This document shows, piece by piece, positions 27,669-37,438 of a stretch of DNA of 64,000 bases. The stretch's first letter is position 1. Each line of letters opens with the position of its first letter. A model generated the notes under the pieces. The model did no database searches. It had not been told where the DNA came from and saw only the letters and a program-made list of their open reading frames with translations. The stretch covers positions 352,001 through 416,000 of the forward strand of contig CAWGAA010000001.1 in the NCBI GenBank assembly GCA_963820525.1, in the 5' to 3' direction. This DNA comes from an uncultured Spirochaetota bacterium (GTDB taxonomy: Bacteria > Spirochaetota > Spirochaetia > SZUA-6 > Fen-1364). The position numbers and the translations under genes are program-made.

Positions 27669-29516
27669 ATGGTGAGGGAAATGAAACATAACCCGACCGG
27701 CGAAAAGAAACTCGAGCAGTACGGCGTGTGGGTGAAAATCGAGCCCCAGGAGTTCACCGGCTCCCGCCAACCCGAAGCCGCTTTCGAGCTCACCGACCTC
27801 GAGGCCCCGACCGAAGAGCGCGAGCCCCTCTCCGAGCCTTCCGCGCAGGCGACCCTGACTCCCGAAGAAGAAGAGCTCTTGGACGAGCTGGAAACCGAGG
27901 TCTCGCACGCGGAGGGCGGCGAGCTCGCCGGCGAAGCCCCCGAGGCCGCCGGGCTGGAGGAATTGCCTTCTTTCTCGGCCGACGACACCCAGGCCGAAGG
28001 AATCGTGGAAATCGAAGCTGAGGTGCCGGGTGGGGAGGTCCTGCCCGACCTCGATCTTGCCGACATCGACTCGCTGGGAAAAGCGCCGGATGAAAGCGAA
28101 CAGGTCCCGTCTCTGCTCTCCGAAGACGTCTTAGAGATGCCCGAGGAAGTGTCCGTCGAAGTTCCGCTCTCCGACAATCTTCCGCAAGAGGAGCACTTCG
28201 ATGACCTCGCGGCGCTGGAAGAGCAGATCGCTTCCACCCCCGTCAGTGCACGGGACGGCGCTCCCGCCGGGGATAAATCAATCTCCAGCGACATCCTTGC
28301 CCGCATCGAAGACGAGCTGAAGTCAATCCGTACGGACCTCACCTCATTGAAGAAAGAGCTCACCGGCTTGAAGAAGACCACGAAAACCGCCGGCGGCGGC
28401 CGCGCCGCTTCCGAGGCTGAGGCGAGCGGCTTCTTCGACGAGGACGAGGACGAGACTATAGCTCTGACCGGGGATGAGCTGGACAACATTCTGAGCACCG
28501 CGGAAATCACGGAGGAGCCCGCCGAAGGCGCCGTGGTCGAGGGTCTGATTGAAGAGCAGGCCCCACAAGAGGCGGAAGCGCTTCCGAAGGACGAGGACAT
28601 TCTCAGCTATGAAATCCCCGCTTCCGAAGAGCGGGCTGCGGCCCCCGCGGAAGAGGGCATGGAAGCCGAGGCCGACCTGGAGGAGCTTTCCGAAGACCTG
28701 ACGCTCGCGGTGGAACCGTCCGCGGCCGGCGAAGGGGTGGATCTCGAGGCCGAGCCTCTCCAGATAGTCTCCGAAACGCCGGCGGAGCAGACCGCAGACG
28801 GTGAGCTTGAGCTGGAGCTGGAAGACCTCGATGCCGTCTCATCCTCCGTTGCTTCGAGGGAAGGCTTGATGGAAGGAGAGCCGGTCACTCTCGGCGAGAT
28901 TGCCGAGGAGAGCCCGGCAGCGCAAAAGATTGAAGGCTTCGAGCTTCAGCCCATTGGGGGAGAAGAAGGCGAGGCTGAAGAAGCCATAGACCTCGAGACT
29001 ATCCCCGAGATCGAAGAGGTGAGCGCCGCCGTTGAAGAGCCTGCCGCCTCGAAGGCCGCGAGCGCAGCCGAAGAGATCGATCTGGAGGCGCTCGAGCCGC
29101 TGGGCGAGCAGGCGCCGCAGGCTTCCTCCGCTTCCGAAGAGCCTTCCGACTTCGACCTCGACGAGCTGGAGGTGCTCACCGACGAGGGTTTGACCGCTGA
29201 AGAGAAGGGAATAGAAATAGCCTTCGAGGGGGACAAGACAGCAGCCCCTCTCGAGTCAGCCGAGGCGGAAGGCCTCGTCGAGGAGGCAGTGGAGGTCGAG
29301 GAGATTCCCATGGAGGAACCCCCTGCAAGAGAGCAGCCTCAGAAGGGCGGATCGGTGCCGGTCCCCGAGGACCTGAAGGGCGAGATCCGAACCGTATTAA
29401 AATATATGGACCAGCTTCTCGAAGCGCTTCCCGAGGAAAAAATCCAGGAGTTCGCAAGCTCCGAGTACTTCGTCATGTATAAAAAGCTCTTTGAGGATCT
29501 CGGACTAGGGGAGTAA
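27669..29516 (+). CDS. Highly acidic, largely disordered protein with an internal coiled coil and a C-terminal helical domain
   Basis: Glu/Asp/Ala/Pro-rich; coiled coil DILARIEDELKSIRTDLTSLKKEL; C-terminal LKGEIRTVLKYMDQLLEALPEEKIQEFA; SD GGAGAG. Confidence 0.85.
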   Translation: MVREMKHNPTGEKKLEQYGVWVKIEPQEFTGSRQPEAAFELTDLEAPTEEREPLSEPSAQATLTPEEEELLDELETEVSHAEGGELAGEAPEAAGLEELPSFSADDTQAEGIVEIEAEVPGGEVLPDLDLADIDSLGKAPDESEQVPSLLSEDVLEMPEEVSVEVPLSDNLPQEEHFDDLAALEEQIASTPVSARDGAPAGDKSISSDILARIEDELKSIRTDLTSLKKELTGLKKTTKTAGGGRAASEAEASGFFDEDEDETIALTGDELDNILSTAEITEEPAEGAVVEGLIEEQAPQEAEALPKDEDILSYEIPASEERAAAPAEEGMEAEADLEELSEDLTLAVEPSAAGEGVDLEAEPLQIVSETPAEQTADGELELELEDLDAVSSSVASREGLMEGEPVTLGEIAEESPAAQKIEGFELQPIGGEEGEAEEAIDLETIPEIEEVSAAVEEPAASKAASAAEEIDLEALEPLGEQAPQASSASEEPSDFDLDELEVLTDEGLTAEEKGIEIAFEGDKTAAPLESAEAEGLVEEAVEVEEIPMEEPPAREQPQKGGSVPVPEDLKGEIRTVLKYMDQLLEALPEEKIQEFASSEYFVMYKKLFEDLGLGE

Positions 29517-30800
29517 ATGGGGCTCCTTCAAAAAGCCGCCACGATTGCTCCGGGCAAAGGGCTGCTCCACAAGAGCCTCGAGATTCTCGCGGACAAAAAC
29601 GTCGAAAGATCCGTTCTCCTGACCCAGCAAGAGATCAACGAGCTTCTGGCCCATCGCAAGATCTCTCCGCCGCCCGTGAGAATTACGGAGAGCCTCGCGC
29701 CGCAGGCAATCCCCCGTACCTGGGCAGAGGCCGGGCTTTCGGCGCCCCCTTTGCGCGGGCCTCTCATCGACGCGACCGAGTTCGAAAAATCCCGTGGAGC
29801 GAAAAAAGCCCCTTATGCCGCGCCGCACAAGGTCGCGCCCCCTCCAGCGGAACACGCCGCCCCTGCCGCGGACCCCACGGAGAGCATCATCTCGGAGATC
29901 TTCGCCATCCCTTCCAGCGTTGAGCTGCCCTCGAAGGTCTTCGCAATACTCAAGGAGCGGCTCTCCATCGACAAGGGAGCGCTCCTGCTCTATGATCCCT
30001 CGCGCGCGGAGTTTGCCCCATGGGCCATCATCGGGTATGACACGACCACGATCCATCGCCTGCGCATCGCCCGCTCAGCCGGCCAAGAGCTTGCCGGCGG
30101 GGGCAACGGCAGGCCCCTCGTGGTCGCGCGGGCCAACGAGATCAAGACGTACGAGAAATACTTCTCCAGCCGTGAAATCGCTCTCATCGATAGGCTGATC
30201 CTCGTTCCCTTCATCTCCGCCGAAAATCTCCTCGCCATTCTCGTAATTTCCGCCTCTTCCCCGCCCTTCGCCACTGAAGAGGCGTTCTTTACCAGCCTGG
30301 AAAGGATAGCGGGAGCAGCTTCTCCCGCTGTCGAGAAGGCGCGGGAGGAAAGGCTGCGGGGAGTGGAGCCGAAAAGCGAAACTCCCTCGGCCACCCTCGA
30401 AGAGGAGCTGTCCCGGCTTCTCTCCTCTCCCACCCTGTCGCGCAAGAGAGTCCTGTTCCTCTCTCTTTCTCTGGAAGAGTACGAAAAGAGAATCCTCTCC
30501 GAGATCCCCTACCTCGATCCATTCCGTCTGGAAGAAGACATGCGGCACTTCATGCAGGCCTTCTCCGCGGATCTCGGCCGCGCCGTGCCCATCGGCAAGG
30601 CCTCCTATCTCATGGCCATCCAGGACCTCGAGAAGAAGAACCTGGACCTGTTCCTCCATCAGCTGCGGGTTTTTCTGGGCGCCTTCTTTGGAGAAGTCGA
30701 TGGGGCCGGGGTGCTCGACGATTCTTCAATCGAAAAGACGCGCTCTTTCCCCGATGACGGGGACAGCATCGCGGGCCTCGTCTCCTTCTTCTCCACCTGA
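29517..30800 (+). CDS. Hypothetical protein with a GAF-like central domain
   Basis: Starts immediately after the upstream stop; GALLLYD...FAPWAIIGYD...LILVPF..ENLLAILVI is a GAF-like pattern. Confidence 0.65.
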   Translation: MGLLQKAATIAPGKGLLHKSLEILADKNVERSVLLTQQEINELLAHRKISPPPVRITESLAPQAIPRTWAEAGLSAPPLRGPLIDATEFEKSRGAKKAPYAAPHKVAPPPAEHAAPAADPTESIISEIFAIPSSVELPSKVFAILKERLSIDKGALLLYDPSRAEFAPWAIIGYDTTTIHRLRIARSAGQELAGGGNGRPLVVARANEIKTYEKYFSSREIALIDRLILVPFISAENLLAILVISASSPPFATEEAFFTSLERIAGAASPAVEKAREERLRGVEPKSETPSATLEEELSRLLSSPTLSRKRVLFLSLSLEEYEKRILSEIPYLDPFRLEEDMRHFMQAFSADLGRAVPIGKASYLMAIQDLEKKNLDLFLHQLRVFLGAFFGEVDGAGVLDDSSIEKTRSFPDDGDSIAGLVSFFST

Positions 30801-30807
30801 TTCCGCT

Positions 30808-32403
30808 ATGATCGAGGCTTTCACCGCCCGTTCAGGCCACCTCTCGCTGAGGGTGAACGGAATCGCTTTGCACTCACCTTATGACCCCGTGAAGGAAGCG
30901 GAAAGGTTCGCCGAGACCTCCCTCCCGGCGGATGTTCCCTCCACGATCGTGATCCTCGGAGAAGGGCTCGGCTATGCAACCGACGCTTTCCAGAGGCGTT
31001 TTCCCGGGTCCCGGGTGATTTCACTCCACTACTGCGAGGAAGCCTTCAAGCACAGCATCGCGAAGCCTTCCCTCTCGTGGCACCCCGATTCAGGCCAGGA
31101 GCTTGCCGATTTTGCGCGAGGCGCGATCGGAGAGCTCGAAGTCGAAGGCCTGCGCGTGGTGGAATGGCCCCCCTCAGCGCGGATCTTCCGCGAGAAGTCC
31201 CGGGAAGCCAACCGCTCGGTTCAGCAGGCTGTGCAGGAGGCGAGCGGGAGCTTCAGAACCACCGTCGGGTACGGCAGGACCTGGATCCGCAATGCCCTTC
31301 TCAATTTCCTCTCTTTCGATTTCATCCTGACGGGAGCACCGTGCGCTCCACGCTCCCGTATCCTGATCGCGGCCCCGGGGCCCAGCCTGGAGGGGTTGCT
31401 CCCCATGATCGCGAAAAAGCGCGCTTCCTTCGATATCTGGGCCCTTCCTTCCAGCCTCCTCGCTCTTGCCGACCGCGGGATTCGCCCCGATCTCGTCGTC
31501 TTGACCGATCCGGGCTACTGGTCAGCCATGCACCTGCACTTCTCGGGGATTCGCTGTCCTATCGCCATGCCTTTTTCCGCGGCGCCCGGCGCTTGGCGGA
31601 CAGCTTCGCCCATGCTTCCCCTTTTTCAGCCCACCTTTTTCGAGAGAGAGCTATTCAGCAGGGCCCGCATCTCCGCGCCGGAAGCCCCTCCGCACGGCAC
31701 GGTAGCTGCCACCGCGATCGAGCTGGCCCTCGCCTTCTCCCGCGAGCCCGTAATGGTGGCCGGGGCGGATATGTGCGTTCGCGACATCATCTCTCACGTC
31801 CGTCCCAACGCCTTTGACCGGCTTCTCTGGATGGGATCAGGAAGGTTTGCACCACACTACAGCACGAGCTTCCATCGGGCTTCGAGCATTCCCTTCGACA
31901 GCAGGAGGGACGCGGGACAGATCGTTCGAGTGCCCCTGCAGCTGAAAACCTACGCGGGGTGGCTCGGCTCTTCACGCGGGGGAAATGTTCTCCGCCTTCG
32001 GCCGTCTCCCGTTGAGCTTCCTTCAATGACGAGAATGAGCGATGAGAAGCTCCTCGCGCTCCCTGATGCGCCCGGCGGTGGGGAAAGCGGTACCCTGCTT
32101 CACGAAGACCCATCGTATCCAGCCCGCGACGCGCGCAGGTCCATTGTCGGCGCCCTCCTGGACGAGTGGATGGAGTCACTCGAAGCGGGCCTCTCCGCCG
32201 TGAAGCTCAAGGGCGATGCACGCGAGCTGGCGCGCTCCCAGACGCTCCTTTCACTCGCCTACTACATCGAGGCCCGGCTTCTCGCCGAGGCCAGGAGGAA
32301 GGTGCGCCTGGGAAGGTTGACGGAAGCCCGCGGCCTGGCGGTCGAGCTGATCGAAGGCTCGCTGTTGTTTCTGCGAGCGCTGCGGGAGAAGCTGGGTACA
32401 TGA
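30808..32403 (+). CDS. Maf/DUF115 (MptE-like) motility-associated glycosyltransferase-like protein
   Basis: LHSPYDPVKEA, LGEGLGY, APGPSL, HGTVA, GADM. Confidence 0.75.
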   Translation: MIEAFTARSGHLSLRVNGIALHSPYDPVKEAERFAETSLPADVPSTIVILGEGLGYATDAFQRRFPGSRVISLHYCEEAFKHSIAKPSLSWHPDSGQELADFARGAIGELEVEGLRVVEWPPSARIFREKSREANRSVQQAVQEASGSFRTTVGYGRTWIRNALLNFLSFDFILTGAPCAPRSRILIAAPGPSLEGLLPMIAKKRASFDIWALPSSLLALADRGIRPDLVVLTDPGYWSAMHLHFSGIRCPIAMPFSAAPGAWRTASPMLPLFQPTFFERELFSRARISAPEAPPHGTVAATAIELALAFSREPVMVAGADMCVRDIISHVRPNAFDRLLWMGSGRFAPHYSTSFHRASSIPFDSRRDAGQIVRVPLQLKTYAGWLGSSRGGNVLRLRPSPVELPSMTRMSDEKLLALPDAPGGGESGTLLHEDPSYPARDARRSIVGALLDEWMESLEAGLSAVKLKGDARELARSQTLLSLAYYIEARLLAEARRKVRLGRLTEARGLAVELIEGSLLFLRALREKLGT

Positions 32404-34088
32404 CGGGGACCCTTGAGGGAAACCTGGAGGCGCTGGCCGGCGTCGATCCCGAGCTGGCTGAAAGGCTCTCCGCCTGCCCTCCGGCCCGAGGATTCTCTCT
32501 GCTCGAGGCGAAGAATGGATCGCCCGTTCCCGCCATCCAGGGGCAGTCGAGGCCTCTCGCTTTTCACTCGACCGTGGATCCCCAAAGGGAGGGACGACGG
32601 ATTCGCGAGCAGTATCCCGGCGCAGGGTTCGTGGTCTTTCTGGGGCTCGGAGGAGGATACCAGATTTCCCCGTTTCTCGCTGATGTCGAGATATCAGGCA
32701 TCCTGATCGTAGAAACGGATGCTTCCCTTGTGAAGTCTATCCTGCAGGCCGTGGACCTCTCCCGAATCCTGGCGGACGAGCGCGTCCGTCTCCTGGTTGA
32801 CCCTCTCGAGGGAGGCGTGGAGAACGCCCTGCTCGCCACCTACCTTCCCTCCGTGATGGGCAACCTGGCGAGCGTCCCTCTGGGCAGCAGGCTCGAGATG
32901 GAAGGCGCGTTCTTCGCTTCGGTTTCCCGGGGGATCCAGAGCGCGGCATCTCGGATCGGCGCCGACTACGCGGCTCAGTCGCGCTTCGCGAAGCGCTGGC
33001 TTGCCAATACGCTCGCCAACCTTCCAACCGCGGAGTCCGCAGCGCTTTCCCTGGAGGGAAGGCCGACCGTAATGATAGCCGGCGCCGGTCCCTCCCTCGA
33101 CGCGCAGCTTCCACTCATTCGCGCCCGCAGGGAGGGGGCGCTTCTCATCGCCGCTGATACCGCCCTTCCCGCTCTCCTGGGAGGCGGAATCATCCCCGAC
33201 CTCGCGATCTGCATAGACTGCCAGCACTACGGCTACCACCACGCGCTTTCGGCCCGCGACGGCTCCCGTGCCGTCGAGGATGTGGCCTTCCTCATCGACC
33301 TCTCCTCCCCGCACCTCCTCGCGCGATCGGCCGCGAAACACGGCTACTTCGCCGGCGGACATCCCTTTTCGCGCTACATCCGGCGCCACTGGAGACCCTT
33401 TACCGCGCTTGACACGTCAGGGGGAAGCGTTGCGCATGCCGCCGTCTCGCTCGCTCTTTCACTCGGAGCCCGGCAAATCATCCTCTATGGGCTCGATTTC
33501 TCGTATCCCGACGGCAAGCCTTATGCCCGCGGCACCTACCTCTCCAGCCTCTTCGATTCACGGTCGAGCAGGCTCATGCCCGCGGAGTCCTCTTTCATCG
33601 GAATGGTCTTCCGCTCCAACGACGTCATGACCGATAGGATCCCGGGCGGATTGAGGTACACCACTCCCCTCCTCCTTTCCTATCGCCAGGAAATGGAAAC
33701 GCTCCTTTCCAATTCTTCAGTGAGGGTCACCGCGGCTCCGGGAAGGGGACTCGAATTATCCCTGGGCAAAGGCCCCGAAGCGGCAGCAGGGGCCAAGCGC
33801 GGACACGGCACCGTGGAAATCTGGAATACGCCGCAGAGGCCGAAGGAGTCGTGGCGGGCTTTCCTCGAGGGCTATCGATCCAGGCTTGCGGCTCTTCCGC
33901 CCCCATCGCGGCCCGCGGGCGCCTATTGTCGAAGCCTCACCCCTGATCAGAGGGAGATCCTGGCAACAATCCTTCCCCTGGTTCCCTGCATCGAACGGGA
34001 AACGAGGGAAAGCTCGGACAGGGCGAGCCTTTTGGAGCAGGCAAGAGAGTTGACGCTCGAGCGCATCAAGCAGGCGCTCGACGAATAA
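32400..34088 (+). CDS. Maf/DUF115 (MptE-like) motility-associated glycosyltransferase-like protein
   Basis: HSTVDPQREG, LGLGGGY, GAGPSL, ADTAL, DTSGGSVAH, GLDFSY. Confidence 0.8.
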   Translation: MTGTLEGNLEALAGVDPELAERLSACPPARGFSLLEAKNGSPVPAIQGQSRPLAFHSTVDPQREGRRIREQYPGAGFVVFLGLGGGYQISPFLADVEISGILIVETDASLVKSILQAVDLSRILADERVRLLVDPLEGGVENALLATYLPSVMGNLASVPLGSRLEMEGAFFASVSRGIQSAASRIGADYAAQSRFAKRWLANTLANLPTAESAALSLEGRPTVMIAGAGPSLDAQLPLIRARREGALLIAADTALPALLGGGIIPDLAICIDCQHYGYHHALSARDGSRAVEDVAFLIDLSSPHLLARSAAKHGYFAGGHPFSRYIRRHWRPFTALDTSGGSVAHAAVSLALSLGARQIILYGLDFSYPDGKPYARGTYLSSLFDSRSSRLMPAESSFIGMVFRSNDVMTDRIPGGLRYTTPLLLSYRQEMETLLSNSSVRVTAAPGRGLELSLGKGPEAAAGAKRGHGTVEIWNTPQRPKESWRAFLEGYRSRLAALPPPSRPAGAYCRSLTPDQREILATILPLVPCIERETRESSDRASLLEQARELTLERIKQALDE

Positions 34089-34126
34089 GGCGGCTCACCG
34101 GCGAGCGGCTCCGCCATACATCCGCT

Positions 34127-34996
34127 TTATTTCTCCGTGGAGGCTTCCTCTCGATCCGGGCCGCCCGGGGAGGGGTAGACTATAGCCGCGTAGCCGACAA
34201 AGGATTCCGACGGATGCACCTCGTGGCTGGTCATGTACTTCACCAGCTTTCCCTCGGCGCACCCCATTTCGCGGGCGAAGCTCATTGCCGCCACGGCGCC
34301 TCCCACCGAGCACGCCGACCTCTCCCTGAGAGACCTCTCGATGGCGGCGTCCACGTCCATGGCGAGGAGGCTCTCGATAAGCCGCCGATCGTTGATGTCC
34401 CTCACCCACTTCAAGGCCCTCTCGCCGCTTCCCGCGGGTTCGAAGCCGTAGTTGGTGCCGTAATGGGTGAGATCCGTGGAGCCGACCACCGCGATCCTCC
34501 TGCCGATGGCGCGGGACGTCTCCGCGAGGGTCCGGCCCAGCTTCTCGGCATCCCGAGAAGGAGAGGCGCGCACGGCGAGAACCTTGACCCCGGGGAGCAC
34601 GGCACGGACGAAGGGCAGCTGGACCTCGACCGTATTGTCGGCGTAGCGGTCCTCCAGAATGTCGAGCTTCTCCCGCAGCCTTTCCAGGAGCTCTCCATCC
34701 GCCTCGATCGTGCCGAGGGGGGTCTCGTAGCCTTCCTCGAAAGCGCACAATAACCCGTCAGAGGGGCCCAGATGTCCGCCGATAATAACGATGGAATCGA
34801 TGGATCGCACGATACGGGAAAAAACCCCAAGGGCGAGAGCTCCGGAGAACTCCCAGCCCGCATGCGGCGCTACCCCGGCACAGGCGGCGGGCGGACCCGG
34901 CCGAACGCTCGCGAGCATCTGTTCAATCGCATCGCGGGTCTGCTTCGCCGTTGCGGGATACCACCCCGGCGGAAGGTACCTCTTACGCACGCGCAT
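34127..34996 (-). CDS. amrB: AmmeMemoRadiSam system protein B (Memo family)
   Basis: GWYP, VAPHAGWEFSG, YETPLG, VEVQLPF, STDLTHYG, SFVGYAAI; SD GGAGG before ATG 34996. Confidence 0.85.
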   Translation of the reverse strand: MRVRKRYLPPGWYPATAKQTRDAIEQMLASVRPGPPAACAGVAPHAGWEFSGALALGVFSRIVRSIDSIVIIGGHLGPSDGLLCAFEEGYETPLGTIEADGELLERLREKLDILEDRYADNTVEVQLPFVRAVLPGVKVLAVRASPSRDAEKLGRTLAETSRAIGRRIAVVGSTDLTHYGTNYGFEPAGSGERALKWVRDINDRRLIESLLAMDVDAAIERSLRERSACSVGGAVAAMSFAREMGCAEGKLVKYMTSHEVHPSESFVGYAAIVYPSPGGPDREEASTEK

Positions 34997-35094
34997 GGGT
35001 TCCTCCGCCCACATGATACCGGAGAATTCAGGTTTGGTCTATGAACACGCCTCCCGTCGGGATATAGTGTGACCGATAGCGCAGGAGATGTTGC

Positions 35095-36465
35095 ATGGCA
35101 AAAGCGGCCCCGTACGTTTTTCTCGGCTTGAGCATCCTCTTTTTCCTGTTCCTGGTCGGGCTGACGGGCTTTCGGATCGAAACCACGCGGCAGGCCGATA
35201 CGGCGCTGGCCGAAAGCCGGACCCGTGAGCTTCTCGAGCTCGCAAAAACTCTCGCCGATTCCAGCGGAGGATTCCAGTCGCCCCATTTCAAGCAGAAGAT
35301 GCGCGAAATCTTCTCCGAGGAGCCCCGTCTGCTCCTGCTCACCGTCCATTCCCCGACCGACGGCATCCTCTACCTCATCACCCGCAACAAATCCTACGTC
35401 AAGGAGCCCATGGAGATAACGGCAGGCTGGCGGGGAGTCCCCATCTACCAGGTGAGCCCCGGCTATGAGATGCTTTTCACCCAGTCGTTTCCCGCTCCCG
35501 AGGATACGACGAAGCTCGACGCGCTTTTCGTCATTTTCGGAAGGGAAGATCTCTATCCGATCGTCAGGGACGATCTTTACCTCGTCCTCGCTTTTCTGAT
35601 TGTCTGCGGGATCTTCATCTTGATCGCTGCCGCCTCCAGCGAGGGGAACGCCGGCTCCGCCCGGGGCTACCCGGCTGCGCCTCCCTGGCCCGCCCCACCT
35701 TCCGTGTATGTCCCACCGGCGCCCCCTTCAGCGCCTCCTGCGGCCCCGGATATGGGGCCCGCTTCGCCGCAGAACTTTCGCGCCGGGACTGCGCCTGATT
35801 CCGCCTCTCACGACGACTGGCCTCCCTGGGGCCCCCATGAGCCCTCGGCTGACGGCAGACCAGCGGCCGAGGCAGCGCCGGCTCCTGTGCTCGAGAGCGC
35901 CCCCGAGGAGGTCGAGCCTGAGCAGGAGCTGCCGAAAGAAGTCGAAGCGTACCCCAAATCCCTCGTTTCTCCCGTAAGCGGCCTCGTCTGGGCCGAGCAT
36001 TTCGAGGCGCGGCTTGTCAATGAGATCCAGCGGGCGGCCGCGTCCGACGAGGACCTGACGGTTGCGATTCTCGAGATCGACAATCCTCCGGGCCCCAGGG
36101 AACTCCCGGCGGTCTATGCCGGCATTGCCGGTCTCTTGAAGAACGAGTTTCCCCTGCATGACCTGATCTTCGAATCGGGAGGGACCGGGTATGCCCTCAT
36201 CCTTGCCGAAACCGATGTCGATCAGGCGGTGCGCGCCCTCGAGGGAGTCAGGAAAAAAGCGGCGGACACTGAGCTTGCGGGCAAAAAGCGCACGCTCTCC
36301 ATCGGAGCGAGCTCCCGCGGGGGAAGGCTGATAGACGGCCCCATCCTCAGGGAGGAGGCTCTCGTGTCGGTGAGAAAGGCGGCATCTGAAGGCGGAAACC
36401 GCGTCATCGGTTTCAAGGCCGACCCCGCCAAGTTCCGCGAAGCTCTCAGCGGGCTTGAGGGCTGA
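35095..36465 (+). CDS. Membrane protein with two TMs, a Pro-rich linker and a degenerate GGDEF domain
   Basis: SPVSGLVW..F..RL..EIQRA...LTVAILEID; GGDEF position reads GGTGY; LSIGAS; AASEGGNRV. Confidence 0.7.
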   Translation: MAKAAPYVFLGLSILFFLFLVGLTGFRIETTRQADTALAESRTRELLELAKTLADSSGGFQSPHFKQKMREIFSEEPRLLLLTVHSPTDGILYLITRNKSYVKEPMEITAGWRGVPIYQVSPGYEMLFTQSFPAPEDTTKLDALFVIFGREDLYPIVRDDLYLVLAFLIVCGIFILIAAASSEGNAGSARGYPAAPPWPAPPSVYVPPAPPSAPPAAPDMGPASPQNFRAGTAPDSASHDDWPPWGPHEPSADGRPAAEAAPAPVLESAPEEVEPEQELPKEVEAYPKSLVSPVSGLVWAEHFEARLVNEIQRAAASDEDLTVAILEIDNPPGPRELPAVYAGIAGLLKNEFPLHDLIFESGGTGYALILAETDVDQAVRALEGVRKKAADTELAGKKRTLSIGASSRGGRLIDGPILREEALVSVRKAASEGGNRVIGFKADPAKFREALSGLEG

Positions 36466-37438
36466 GGGATTCGCGGGAAGCCAGGGCCTGCTCCACGCGC
36501 CACTCGGGCGCGAGATAGACATACTTGCCAACGGCCAGCGCCGATGGGTACTGGTCCCCTGACACCCGTTCTCCAATAAAGAGCGTGAGCTCCCTGTTGT
36601 CGCTTGTAGAAAGAATGATCGTCGCCCGCGGGCCGGATGAGAGCTTCGTCGCGGCGCCCACCGACGAGTCGAAATCGTTTCCCTCCAGGGAAAGCACGGA
36701 CCGGACAAGGCTCTGCACCTTCGCGTCGTCCGCGGTCGAGCCCGCCTGCCCGCCGAAGCTCCATGCCGGTCTTCCCCGCTGGTCCTGGCCTTTGACAAGC
36801 GTGTAGTCGAGGACCCGAACTCCCTTTGTCCCCGAAAGCGCAAGCCTGCTCCTGACTGAAATCCGGATGATGTCATCCGATTTGAGGCCATCGGGGAAAA
36901 TCTTCAAGTTCTCCCAGAAGCGCTTGTCGGTCGTTATGTACGGCGAGAGGGAGTCTCCCGTCTCGTAGACTTCCCAGCCGTTTCCGACGCGCAGGTACCT
37001 TCCCTTCCCGGTGGCGCCGGTCTTCCCCGCGGTGAGCTGGCACAGTGTTTCTCCCGTGCCACCCGTCACCGTGAGACGAACCGTATCGGCTCCGCTTAGG
37101 CCGAGGCTGGAAGCCGCCTCCTCGCTTCGCGTGACCAAAGTGCCCCTCGTGAGCCGGGAAAGCTCCTGGAGCAGGTCCGATACGTGAGTCTTCGAAGCAG
37201 GGAAAAACGCTCCATCCGCCTCGAGCGCCCACTCGCCATCCCGGGAGAGCAGGGTCTTCCCGCGCGAATCCGAAAGCTCGATCCTTCGCGCCTCCGACTG
37301 CTTGAATCCGGGAACGAGAAGCGCTTCAGTGGCGGCCGCATTGAGGCGCTCCGCGGAGAAGATCTCCCCCAGGATGAACACGGCGAGGAGCGCGGCGGCG
37401 ATGGAGCCGAGCAGGATCACCTTCTTATTGAACGTCAT
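36446..37438 (-). CDS. DUF4340-like protein of the Gld-type ABC cluster
   Basis: N-terminal TM and a duplicated domain (W..E..GAFFPAS..VSDLL; ADDAKVQSLV); ATG overlaps the GldG stop. Confidence 0.7.
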   Translation of the reverse strand: MTFNKKVILLGSIAAALLAVFILGEIFSAERLNAAATEALLVPGFKQSEARRIELSDSRGKTLLSRDGEWALEADGAFFPASKTHVSDLLQELSRLTRGTLVTRSEEAASSLGLSGADTVRLTVTGGTGETLCQLTAGKTGATGKGRYLRVGNGWEVYETGDSLSPYITTDKRFWENLKIFPDGLKSDDIIRISVRSRLALSGTKGVRVLDYTLVKGQDQRGRPAWSFGGQAGSTADDAKVQSLVRSVLSLEGNDFDSSVGAATKLSSGPRATIILSTSDNRELTLFIGERVSGDQYPSALAVGKYVYLAPEWRVEQALASRESLSPQAR

